Source of the DNA: a virus
DNA length: 64,000 nucleotides
Direction: 5' to 3' (one strand)
IMG/VR virus record: IMGVR_UViG_3300021962_000027
Of the stretch, positions 40,294-50,200 are shown in pieces (the stretch's first letter is position 1; every line of letters starts with the position of its first letter). A program made the position numbers and the translations under genes. Under the pieces are notes generated by a model. That model was not told where the DNA came from. It did no database searches and was given only the letters and a program-made list of their open reading frames with translations.

Positions 40294-40918
40294 CTAGATC
40301 TATTTTTGTGTCAACATCAATAACATCGTCAATTTTAAAGAAAAATGTGTCATCGTTATATAAATTATTATTAAGTTTTGTAAGTTCATTAACATTAAAT
40401 ATACAAACATAATGTGAAATCTCAAATACCGCTGGGTAATCTTGTCTTCTATATAAATTATGTTTAACCAATTGGGCACCTTTATTACCAATAATATCAA
40501 ACATGTATAAACAAGGGTGTGTTGATTTTATGTCTTTCTTACAAAGAAGGCTTTTCGCACCTTGTTCGATAAAGAATGTATATGCGTTTTTAATATCAGA
40601 CCAAGTTCTTTCTGGGTATGTTAAATAAAGCATAATAACGGTGTCACCAAAATTAATATCATTATTATCGATATGGTATTGGATGACATCTTTTGTACTT
40701 GTCTCATCCAGAGATAGATTATCTGGTCTAACACTAACATTTAAACCAATACTTTTACATTTTTCAATTAAAACCTCATCATCGGTTGAGATAAGTAAGT
40801 CTTTAAAATATTCAGTTGGAATAGTGTTGATCGTGTGTTCAAATAATAACCTATTTTTAAAAGGTAACCCTTTTGAATTACGTCTAGCTGGTATTAATAG
40901 TTTAACTTTATCGGTCAT
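40268..40918 (-). CDS. neuA: CMP-nonulosonic acid synthetase (cytidylyltransferase)
   Basis: LIPARRNSKGLPFKN, ISTDD, RP..LS.D, RRQD and IDVDT motifs. Confidence 0.9.
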   Translation of the reverse strand: MTDKVKLLIPARRNSKGLPFKNRLLFEHTINTIPTEYFKDLLISTDDEVLIEKCKSIGLNVSVRPDNLSLDETSTKDVIQYHIDNNDINFGDTVIMLYLTYPERTWSDIKNAYTFFIEQGAKSLLCKKDIKSTHPCLYMFDIIGNKGAQLVKHNLYRRQDYPAVFEISHYVCIFNVNELTKLNNNLYNDDTFFFKIDDVIDVDTKIDLDGLFHKEK

Positions 40919-41577
40919 CTATATGTTCTGTTTTCTAGATTTAGTGAAACAAAGGGTATAACTGATACAACATTAGCGTCATAATGTTTTTTAACCTGTT
41001 TTTTTACCAAAATAGTTTGACCCTCTATCATTTTCAACCAAGTCTTATATTGATTCCAAGTAGACCAAGGTGTATCTTTTATTGTATTATAATACCCCTT
41101 AAAAGTCATTTCTCCATCAATTGTACCACAATCATGTCCAATCAAAATTATGTTCTTAGCGCCCATGTAAGCTGCTATATGAATAGCTGAGGTTATTGTT
41201 GAGAAGCTCACAACAATTTTATCACCACCGAAAACAGAGATGTCTACTTTATCGTGCAGATTATCGTTATGTTCGAAATAGTAAAGATTATCATGGTCCA
41301 CCTTGTTCGTGTTTAATTTATCCTCACCAGTGTTTAGGTTACCACTATCGTATTCGGAAACGATTACAATTGACTCTGTCGCTAAACTTTCTTTTATGAA
41401 TTTAACTTCTTTTCTAACTAAGTAATCACACCATATTTTTTTATAAGCTTGATTAACTCCGATAACAATTTTGTTATCAAAAAAATCTTCGTTGAAGAAA
41501 TCAACAGATTTACCTGAGGCTAATACGTATATGTCTTCACCTTGATGTTTATTCTTTAGTTCGATAATACCTTTCAT
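40915..41577 (-). CDS. Maf/DUF115-like putative nonulosonate transferase
   Basis: KNKHQGEDIYVLASGKS, IGVN and SAIHIAAYMGAKNIILIGHD motifs. Confidence 0.65.
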   Translation of the reverse strand: MKGIIELKNKHQGEDIYVLASGKSVDFFNEDFFDNKIVIGVNQAYKKIWCDYLVRKEVKFIKESLATESIVIVSEYDSGNLNTGEDKLNTNKVDHDNLYYFEHNDNLHDKVDISVFGGDKIVVSFSTITSAIHIAAYMGAKNIILIGHDCGTIDGEMTFKGYYNTIKDTPWSTWNQYKTWLKMIEGQTILVKKQVKKHYDANVVSVIPFVSLNLENRTYR

Positions 41578-42242
41578 ATTTTAATGGGTAATTTTTCCCC
41601 GTATTTATATTCGAATAATTTTTTATTAATCTCCCATTGATCATTTGTTTTACCAACTGAAAGGTGTGTAACCGATATATTTGTTACAACACCAATTTTA
41701 ACACCATCTAGGTGGTTAGGTAAACAGAATGATAAATCATAAAAATGAAAACCATGGAAATTATTATCAAAATTATGTTTAATTTTAGTTCGATTAATAG
41801 CTAAAAATAAACCGTCAAGAACAACCATTTGTTTTATGTTGTCACCTTGTTGTTGAGAAAACATGCTAGTCCATTTTTTTTTACCGTCACTATGATTAAC
41901 AATACCATGCATGGATTCTCTAATTGACCACCATCTACCGTCAACTAATCTATTGGTACCAGCTATGCCGATTATACCATAATCCATGTTTTTTTTAAAA
42001 TGTTCGATAATCTTTTTACCCCAATGTCTAGTTTCAAAAATAAGATCATCATGGCAAAAAACTATAATATCATTTTTAGCGTCAATTAAACCTTTATTAT
42101 ATATTTCGGTTAAAGAATGCTCACCATTATTTTCATACGGTAAGATCTCTATACCATCACATAAACAAGTTTTTTGAATATGTTCTATATAATCTTGGTT
42201 AATCTCCCTAGTTGAGAAAACCACACTTATATTATTAATCAT
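41574..42242 (-). CDS. GT2-like glycosyltransferase (Glyco_tranf_2_5 type)
   Basis: YNKG..AKNDIIVFCHDD, GIIGIAG, VLDGLF and GFHFYD motifs; start MINNISVV preferred over 42281. Confidence 0.8.
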   Translation of the reverse strand: MINNISVVFSTREINQDYIEHIQKTCLCDGIEILPYENNGEHSLTEIYNKGLIDAKNDIIVFCHDDLIFETRHWGKKIIEHFKKNMDYGIIGIAGTNRLVDGRWWSIRESMHGIVNHSDGKKKWTSMFSQQQGDNIKQMVVLDGLFLAINRTKIKHNFDNNFHGFHFYDLSFCLPNHLDGVKIGVVTNISVTHLSVGKTNDQWEINKKLFEYKYGEKLPIKI

Positions 42243-42540
42243 AATCCTCTTCAATAATAAGCGGTCTTTCCAGATTATCATTTTTATATTTCAAAACTGG
42301 TATGATACCTTTTATTTTCTGTATAAAAGCAAACTGATTTGTAACCTCGTTAAGTTCACGCTCAAGAAATGTTGTTAATTTATAATCTTCAGAATTTAGT
42401 GGATACACAAAGGCGTATAAAACTTTGTCACCCACTTGTATTCTCTTACCAGACCATACGGTTTTATATTCAATACGATCGAGTACATCTGGTGTAATCG
42501 ATTTGTACGCTCTTATTTGATCTTTAAATTCACTTACCAT
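42235..42540 (-). CDS. Hypothetical protein
   Basis: 101-aa ORF coupled to dut. Confidence 0.65.
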   Translation of the reverse strand: MVSEFKDQIRAYKSITPDVLDRIEYKTVWSGKRIQVGDKVLYAFVYPLNSEDYKLTTFLERELNEVTNQFAFIQKIKGIIPVLKYKNDNLERPLIIEEDYD

Positions 42541-43121
42541 TATTTAACCCCTGTTGATCCGAATCCACCAGAGCCCCTTTCTGAGCTTGATAATGAATCG
42601 GTTTTTATAAATTTAGTTTTATTAATCGTTTGCACGGCAGCGATAACACCCTGAGCAATTCTATCACCTTTGTGGATATAAAAGGGTGTTGACTTATCAG
42701 TATTATATAAAATAACACATACCTCACCTCTGTACCCAGAATCAACTGTACCTGGGCTATTTAATACCATAATACCGTTTTTTAAAGCTAATCCGCTTCT
42801 AGATCTAACCTGTAGTTCATATCCACCTGGTATTTCGAAATGTAGTCCAGTTGGTATTAAAGCTCTATGACCTGGTTCAATTTCAATTGGTAGCTCATTA
42901 TTAGCTCTAATATCAAATCCACTATCCCCATCTTTTTCATACGCTGGGTCTTGGTTTTCAGAATTATTAATGAAACTAACTTTTAACTTAACGGTCATTG
43001 TTTCATTATCATACTCCCATCCACCCATTAAATCATTAGTTTGTGCTAAAAAATTGTCTAGCTCACTTTTTGTTTCATCATCAAAAAGTTCATTAAGGTC
43101 TAAATCTTGTAAGTTATCCAT
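42540..43121 (-). CDS. dut: Trimeric dUTPase with an acidic N-terminal extension
   Basis: SGFDI, RSRSGLA, GTVDSGYRGE, GDRIAQ and RGSGGFGSTG motifs. Confidence 0.96.
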   Translation of the reverse strand: MDNLQDLDLNELFDDETKSELDNFLAQTNDLMGGWEYDNETMTVKLKVSFINNSENQDPAYEKDGDSGFDIRANNELPIEIEPGHRALIPTGLHFEIPGGYELQVRSRSGLALKNGIMVLNSPGTVDSGYRGEVCVILYNTDKSTPFYIHKGDRIAQGVIAAVQTINKTKFIKTDSLSSSERGSGGFGSTGVK

Positions 43122-43122
43122 A

Positions 43123-44346
43123 TTATAATAATGTTTTGTAAATTTCAGATCTTTCTTTTGTCACCGTATTTAAATTATATCTATCCTTAACGGTTTCATA
43201 TAATTTTTCACCTAAATCTTCCACTAAGTTTGGGTTATCAACTAACCTCTTAACATGTTGACTCCATTGTTTATGGTTTTTACTTGATTCAACTAACAAC
43301 GAGTTACCGTTATTATTAAAACCACCACCTTTTTCAATCGCTGAAATTAAATCTATTGTATAAGGTCCATAATTTTGTGCAATAATAGCTTTTTTATGGA
43401 AACCAGCTTCAATAATCTTTAACTGTGATTTATATTTATTAAAAGATGTTTCTACCAAAGGTGCCAAAGCAACGTCAAATTCATTATAACCTTTGGCATA
43501 TGTTTCAATACTTTTAGTCCATATTCTTCTATATGGCATATCCTTATCGTTATATGGTAATTGTGAATCAAATTTTAATAAATGTTTTAAATAATCCGAA
43601 TGTTTCTCTAATAACCTAAAATTATCAGTAATAAAAATCTCATACATAAACCATGTTGTTTCAATTGGTTGCATGTCTCTTTCCATCCACTGATTTGTTT
43701 CTTTATTAAACATTTTGACCTTACCTCTTGTGTCATAACCACAAAGAACAAACTGAATTTTATCAGAATATTCCTTAACTCTTTGTGGAACACCTTTAAG
43801 CAATTCAATATCTTTAATGTGTGATGACCCACCTAACCATCCGAATCTAAGTTTTTCGGATTTAGTTGGGTTCGGTTTAAATTGTGGTTCATTAGGGTTT
43901 ACCGCATTTGGTAAAACTACACAATTTTTATTGTGCTTAAGAACATCTTTTTGTAAAATACTTGTTGTTACAGTGACTAAATCAGCTTCTTTAATAACCG
44001 ACACAATTGTGGCTGGAAAATTTAAGGCTTTAGATTGTTGATACATCCCGTGAGATGGGTCTAAATTCCAGTGATCATCTAAATCGATAATAACTTTACC
44101 ACCGAATGATTTAATCTTTTTAATTATTTTAAGAGCATCAGCAAAATTATTTCCAGGTACCCTGTGAAAAAAGAATAGTTGGAATTTTTTTAAATAACTA
44201 TCATCATCAAAATTAACGTCATAGTTTATTTCAACGAAATAATCATCACCATGGTTATTTTGAAGCGATATATGCGGGTCTAGGCATCTATATTTACCAG
44301 AACCAGCACGATCACTAGGGTTTACAAGAATATTTATCTTACTCAT
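43123..44346 (-). CDS. GT4-like glycosyltransferase
   Basis: GSGKYR..P, IDLDDHW, VLPNA, GWLGGSSH..D and DVALAPL...FN.YKSQLK.IEAG motifs. Confidence 0.85.
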   Translation of the reverse strand: MSKINILVNPSDRAGSGKYRCLDPHISLQNNHGDDYFVEINYDVNFDDDSYLKKFQLFFFHRVPGNNFADALKIIKKIKSFGGKVIIDLDDHWNLDPSHGMYQQSKALNFPATIVSVIKEADLVTVTTSILQKDVLKHNKNCVVLPNAVNPNEPQFKPNPTKSEKLRFGWLGGSSHIKDIELLKGVPQRVKEYSDKIQFVLCGYDTRGKVKMFNKETNQWMERDMQPIETTWFMYEIFITDNFRLLEKHSDYLKHLLKFDSQLPYNDKDMPYRRIWTKSIETYAKGYNEFDVALAPLVETSFNKYKSQLKIIEAGFHKKAIIAQNYGPYTIDLISAIEKGGGFNNNGNSLLVESSKNHKQWSQHVKRLVDNPNLVEDLGEKLYETVKDRYNLNTVTKERSEIYKTLL

Positions 44347-44401
44347 TAAATTATGTTTCTATAATAATAAGAAAAATAAAGCAAAAATCAAAATATATTG
44401 T

Positions 44402-44433
44402 AAAAAAAAAATGGGGAGTATCAAACTCCCCAT
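44402..44433 (-). terminator. Intrinsic terminator
   Basis: ATGGGGAGT-atcaa-ACTCCCCAT with a U tract on the minus strand. Confidence 0.8.
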
Positions 44434-44460
44434 CATTAATCTTGTTAAGTTCTTTAACAA

Positions 44461-44655
44461 TTAGTTTTTAGATTCATTAACAATATTGTCGAATTTACCT
44501 TCTTTTGCGGCCTCTACAAAATCAGCAAATTGGTTTTTAGTCCAAGTTGTTATACCTTCTGGACCTTCTTTATCACCTAATACAATAGCGTTTTCTTGAA
44601 CCTCGATAACTGGACAACATTTGTTTTTACAAAATTTAATTACGTTACTTTCCAT
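44461..44655 (-). CDS. Small DUF397-like protein
   Basis: C..IEV...IVLGD...P.G...WT..QFADFVEAAKEGKFD resembles the DUF397 pattern. Confidence 0.45.
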   Translation of the reverse strand: MESNVIKFCKNKCCPVIEVQENAIVLGDKEGPEGITTWTKNQFADFVEAAKEGKFDNIVNESKN

Positions 44656-44659
44656 TTTT

Positions 44660-45277
44660 TTACTTTTTACTTGTTTTATTGTTATTTTCTTTCAAAACGT
44701 TTAATTTACCGCCAAACACTTTATCTCCAATTTTAATTTGGAAGTTTTCATCGATACTAGTTTTTTTAGCTTGTTCTTCAAGAACAGTCTCAACAGTTTT
44801 TTTAATGATGTATTCTATTAACTGTACATCCATTACAGGTGCGGCCGATTTTGGTGCACTTGGTTGTTCATTAATAACAGGTCTTTCATATTCAGTAACT
44901 TCTTGAATCTGTTTCATTTTAGGTTGCGCTTGCGCAACTTTCTCCATTAAAGCATCCATCCCAACTGGGACTGTTGGATCAACTATTGGGTTTTCGAGGA
45001 ATGATTGTAAAATCTCCTTTGGCATTTTAGATGTACTTAAATTTTTCATTGTGTTTTTAGGGGTTGGTCCACCAGCTGTTCTTGTTCTAGCCGCAACTTC
45101 AGCTTCACTAAGATAAACTGGTTCACGATCTTCGGCATCATCAGCATACATGGCTCTGTTTATTTCTGGTTGTTGAGTCATTTTGGTACCACCAGTATTA
45201 ATCTCAACTTTTTCCATGATTTTTCTAGCATTAGCAATCCCTTGTGCTAATATTGATGCTTTATCTTGAGTTTCCAT
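44660..45277 (-). CDS. Hypothetical protein
   Basis: 205-aa ORF. Confidence 0.7.
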   Translation of the reverse strand: METQDKASILAQGIANARKIMEKVEINTGGTKMTQQPEINRAMYADDAEDREPVYLSEAEVAARTRTAGGPTPKNTMKNLSTSKMPKEILQSFLENPIVDPTVPVGMDALMEKVAQAQPKMKQIQEVTEYERPVINEQPSAPKSAAPVMDVQLIEYIIKKTVETVLEEQAKKTSIDENFQIKIGDKVFGGKLNVLKENNNKTSKK

Positions 45278-45827
45278 ATGTGTTATATATCCATTTTAAA
45301 AATCCAGAGCTATGGTTTTCATTTATTTCAGTATTTTCAACATCCTCTGGTTTATTTTCTATTGCTGGTGCATTATAATTGGGGTCTTTAAAGTTAGGGT
45401 CTGTTGGCCCAGCTGGTTTACTAGTATTTACAAATGATACAGCTTTTTCACCATCCATTTTTTTATCAGAACCATCTGTTCTATAACCTGATTGTGGGTT
45501 AAACGTTTTAAGTTGTTTACCACTTGAATCAAATAATATATCTACAGTACCATCTTTAATTTCATCCACAAGGTATGTTTTCCACTTTTGATTTGTCGTA
45601 TTTGTAACACCTGCTGTTTGGTATGCTCTAAGCATCCATTTACCAGTGGCTTTACTTTTACCTAAAGCAACGGGTTGTACACGTCTATAGTTTTGTTTTG
45701 TGTACTTTTTTTCAGCTGGATCACTAACTTTGACACCTCTATACCAAAATACAATCTCGTATTTATTTTCGATCGCATATTTGATCATATTCAGTTTATC
45801 ATCACCTGCATTTTCAATTATAAGCAT
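45261..45827 (-). CDS. Standalone WYL-domain-like protein
   Basis: AI.....IVFWY...RRVQPVALG...MLRAYQ...WKTYLVDEI pattern. Confidence 0.65.
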   Translation of the reverse strand: MLIIENAGDDKLNMIKYAIENKYEIVFWYRGVKVSDPAEKKYTKQNYRRVQPVALGKSKATGKWMLRAYQTAGVTNTTNQKWKTYLVDEIKDGTVDILFDSSGKQLKTFNPQSGYRTDGSDKKMDGEKAVSFVNTSKPAGPTDPNFKDPNYNAPAIENKPEDVENTEINENHSSGFLKWIYNTYGNSR

Positions 45828-45839
45828 AATTTTTTAAAA

Positions 45840-46103
45840 TTAAACAACAGATGAGTCTGGATATGTATTACTATCTTTATAATTATTAACAGCGATTAAT
45901 TTTGATCTTTCCTCAACGTCAGTTGTATTACCGATATCACCTTTACCTTTAGCGTCACCACTAAGTGCGTTAGGGTTTGTTGCGCTATATTCAAATGAAT
46001 TTGGTTTATATTCATTGATCGGAACTAATTTGCCTTCTCTTTCTTCAACAGCAACTTGTCTTAATTGTTCTGATGCTGGTACTTTTAAAATATTGTTAGC
46101 CAT
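45840..46103 (-). CDS. Hypothetical protein
   Basis: 87-aa ORF with an internal R..L...N.YK....Y repeat. Confidence 0.65.
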   Translation of the reverse strand: MANNILKVPASEQLRQVAVEEREGKLVPINEYKPNSFEYSATNPNALSGDAKGKGDIGNTTDVEERSKLIAVNNYKDSNTYPDSSVV

Positions 46104-46105
46104 GG

Positions 46106-46603
46106 TTAAATTTTATTTATTAATTTTTTTATTTTATTAACACTCTCTAATAATGCGCTATTTGTCATTAAATCGGGTGTGTCCATTATTCTATCATCTA
46201 AACTAGTATCAAAATCATTTCCTTCCGAATCTTTTCTGAATTGATTGTCCATACCAGCGTTAGTTCTCGCTACTTTATTACCGTTAACACGTTCTCTTTC
46301 GTTTTTAATTAGATCTTGTACCCATTTATTCATCACCTCACCACCGTTTAGTTCATATTCAACTGGATTAACATTATCACGATCAACATTATCAAAATAT
46401 GATTTAATCATAACTAGATTAACAAACGGTTGATTTGGGTTATTTATTAAATGGTTGGCTCTTTTATAACCCTTTGCTGTTTTTTGATCTGAAAATTTAT
46501 TTAAGACGTTTTTAATATGCGTCAAAACTTCTTCTGGTAAATCATATCGATTACCAATTAGTTTAGAATTCTCCTCATATAAAAAACCTGGTTCGTTAAT
46601 CAT
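46106..46603 (-). CDS. Hypothetical protein
   Basis: 165-aa ORF in a late operon. Confidence 0.7.
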   Translation of the reverse strand: MINEPGFLYEENSKLIGNRYDLPEEVLTHIKNVLNKFSDQKTAKGYKRANHLINNPNQPFVNLVMIKSYFDNVDRDNVNPVEYELNGGEVMNKWVQDLIKNERERVNGNKVARTNAGMDNQFRKDSEGNDFDTSLDDRIMDTPDLMTNSALLESVNKIKKLINKI

Positions 46604-47165
46604 TAGTGAGTGATTTTTTAAAATAATCTAATAAAACTTTTTTCTCATCTTCATTCATGTTTTGATTGAAGAATTCGATTAATTGATCGAATTTACCTAA
46701 TATTAAGTTTTCTTTATCTTTAATTTCCTCGATTGTGGGTAATTTTTTTGTTATCAAATTATCACTCTCATTTCTTTTGGCTAACAAAGTTTCTAGCATT
46801 TTAAACGCCTTTTCTTTTGCGATTTCTTTTAATCTATCTTTTGGATTGGCTGGTTTAACATCCTTCATCTTGGGTTTAACCTCAATAAAATAATCTTCAA
46901 AGGTATGTTCCATACCCTTTTCATATAAATATTTGTGAAATTTTTCTGGATTATCTTTACACTTATCCGCCTCATTATTAAAAGGTAATGTGGATTCACC
47001 GTAATATCTTCTATAATTCTGAAAAACAAATGGTTGTCTTGTTTTTAGAATAGTAGCATCGGTTGTGTCATGGGTTGTTGCGGTATAATCAATGTATTTT
47101 TTATCCCCACTAATCATAGTACCATCTGCGTCAATAAACTCCTTAATGTCTTTATTATTTTCCAT
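46596..47165 (-). CDS. Hypothetical protein
   Basis: 189-aa ORF; TATTTAT at 47179-47185. Confidence 0.7.
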   Translation of the reverse strand: MENNKDIKEFIDADGTMISGDKKYIDYTATTHDTTDATILKTRQPFVFQNYRRYYGESTLPFNNEADKCKDNPEKFHKYLYEKGMEHTFEDYFIEVKPKMKDVKPANPKDRLKEIAKEKAFKMLETLLAKRNESDNLITKKLPTIEEIKDKENLILGKFDQLIEFFNQNMNEDEKKVLLDYFKKSLTND

Positions 47166-47209
47166 TCGATATTTTTCTATAAATATCGGTGATTTAAGTA
47201 ATATTTCAA

Positions 47210-50200
47210 TTAAACTGGAATTTCTTCATCAAATCCAGGTAATTTAAATATAATATCATCATTAAACCAATAATCTGGTTCATAATCCATTTTAACCCAG
47301 AATTCTTTTTCCATTTGAGATGGTGTGTAGAATTCATATAAGGTATCTTGATCACCAATATCATTTGGTTCGTCATTAACCAAATCTAGTTCTGACCTAA
47401 GGAACATTTTTTTATCCTCTGGTTTTGTTATCAATATTTCATTTCTATGGGATAATGGGAATGCAACTAGAAGTGGTTCAACCTTTTTGTTAAAAGCGTC
47501 TAAATATTTTGGTACGTTATATTCACCAATAAAATCTGGTTGGTTTTCTATTATATCATTTGGGACTAAAGAGGCGTACATATTGCCATGTTTATCCGTA
47601 GTTGAATCACCATGTGATTTAACTTTACCATTATTTACATAATATATGGTGTCACCTAAATTAACATTTAAGTTATTTATAATAGCTAATTCCATATGAG
47701 CTTGTTTCGGTAATTCCCTACCGTTTTTATCTACACCACGATTTTTATAACCTTGTATTGATTTTTTAACCCTAGCTTTTGTGGCGATTTTAGCCAATGG
47801 TATCTCTTTGTTATGGATTTTTTCAGCGTATTCATGGTAATATTGTACAAACTCATAACCTTGGCCGCTCAATAACATCTTCATACCTTTACCTAGAAAC
47901 TCCTCAATATAAACAGGCATTGCTTTTGATTTAATACTGTTTCCAGTTAAGCTGACAGAGCCATCATCTTCTAACAAAGCGTAGTTCTTTCTTGAAAGAT
48001 TAATCGTTGCTGGCCAAATACCATCCAAACCAAGACCCATCTCCCCACGCATATAGGTGTCATTAAATTCAGCTACAACGGCTTTAACACCAGTATACTC
48101 TTTACCAGCTTCAACCTCATCATTTAAACCCTTACCGATGTAAAAGAATGATTCACCGTTCTTTGGTGCCATGAAGTTAACACCATCCGTATCAAGTACT
48201 AAAGGTGTATAACCTTTCTTGATAAAGAATTTAACCATTAGTCTAAGATACTGTCTAGCTGTACACGTAATTCGTTCACTAACATCTATTTCCGCCCATT
48301 GAAATGCCATAGGTGCACCAAGGGCACCGAACATCGAGTTAATAAAGATCTTAAGCGGTAACTGTTTACGTTTATATTTATCTGCTAATTGGTAATTACC
48401 CTCTTTTTTATATTTATCCGATAATCTCTTAGCGTTAAAACGTTCAGTATGGAAATATTTCAACATCGATTTCATCGCACCGTTAATATCAACACTAGGA
48501 AATACATCATGCGCTAATTGAATAGCTGGATAAAGTGAGTTGTAGTCCATCTTTCTTAAAGTGGTTGAATAACCAACTTTGAATAGTCTGGACAAACCAC
48601 CAGTGTAATCTCTTTTTGTATCCGATACAGGTATGGCCAAATCATTCTCGAATGAATATGCCATCATAAGCAATTTCCATAAACCAGCTGTACCCATTGT
48701 TGAAACCCTTTGGTATGTTGTTGGTACCAACTTAGCTAATAAGAATGATGACTGGTTGTAAACAGCATCAACTTCCATTGTTTCCCATAAGTCATCAATC
48801 AAGTAACGCTCAACGATATATTTACCGTCAACTTCCTCAAATGTATTGATATACTGACGAAGAGCACTTAAAAGGTTCTTAAGATAAGAGAAAGTTTTGG
48901 GCGCTTTGTAATCTAATTGAGCTAAACCAGTACCGATCCCCATTTTAGGGAATACGATAGTTTTACCCTCTCTAATCTTTTGGATTATCTTATTTACATC
49001 GGCATCGATCAGTTTTTTATTTTTATCATAATCAACGTCACTAAAATAAGATTCTGGTGTTGTATCTGGTGAATTTTTAGTTACAATACCAATTACGTTT
49101 GGTTCACCACGCATATCTTTTGCTTGTCCACCAAAACCTTCTCTTTCCACGTTGTCACCAAATACAAATATTTTATCGGGGTTTGATTGGATATGATCTC
49201 TTGTGATATAATCCATAAACTCTAAAGCTGGTTTTGTTTTACAGTATGAACCAGTTCTATCATCAAAATAGAATTTATCCTCTGAATACCAGGTGTTACC
49301 GATTTTGTCACCAACGACATAAACACGGTTCTTCTTAGCGATTTTATTGTATTTACACACATATTTTAAACCAACTGATTTCATACTCGAATCAATCGCT
49401 TGTGCACGCCTAGCTGAGTGAATAATGTCAATAATTGAATAACCAAACATATTTGTCTGTGTATATTCTTCTACCTCATTACCTAGTTTAAGGATACTTT
49501 TTTCTTTTCTCTGGATTAATTCACCTGGTTTAAGTGTTATTGCGATATCCTTAATATCAACACCAAGTTTTTGACAGCGGACAAAAAAGAAATCCCAATC
49601 AAAGTTCGCACTATTATAACCAGCTATAATCGTTGGTTTAATCTCATTAATTTTTTCAAAGAATTTTATAATACCCTGTCTTTCGGATTCATCATTATCT
49701 TCAATAGGTATAATCTCTTCAACACCTTTATTAGTGTAAATCCCGATTAAAAATATCCTATTAATCTCTGGGTCCAAACCAGTGGTCTCTAAGTCGAATA
49801 TAAACTTATGGATATCATCATATTCCTCAAACCCTTTAAACAATCTTTTACCAGTGTGTATAAAATATTGCTCAACTGGTGGTATTATCAAAAAGTGTGA
49901 ATTAATGTCATTTCTTTTATCATAAATATAAATCCCACCTTCTCTAAAGAAATCTTTCATTCTTTTATCACCCTGTGTACAGGTAACTAAGTATTTATAA
50001 CCATCAACTAGTTTTGGGTGATCACCGTGTTCGAGTACTTTAATGTCAATACCGTATCTCTGTCTTGCTGCTTTGATTTTTGAGTCACTATTACCGTAGA
50101 AATTAGTTAGTTCTTTAACCTTATTAAGGTTTTTTATCCACATAAAAGCTAATAAAGGTTCAGTTTCTATATAGTTACCCCTTTCTGGGTCTTGCTTAAC

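Noticed and set aside
33322-44346. Cluster B as a bacterial capsule/LPS locus (host contamination or prophage flank)
   Set aside because: No wzx/wzy/kps export genes; interleaved with phage-type phoH and dut; translationally coupled to the phage sigma; composition similar to the flanking DNA.
44361-44392. A third promoter class, TTG-N~20-TATTATT (also near 19235 and 56505)
   Set aside because: Only about three loose instances in very AT-rich DNA; cannot be separated from background without a statistical test.
48850-49225. Intein or intron in the DNA polymerase
   Set aside because: The frame is continuous, with no N-terminal C/S block, no HN-C/S/T end and no LAGLIDADG motif. The motifs present are macrodomain-like.
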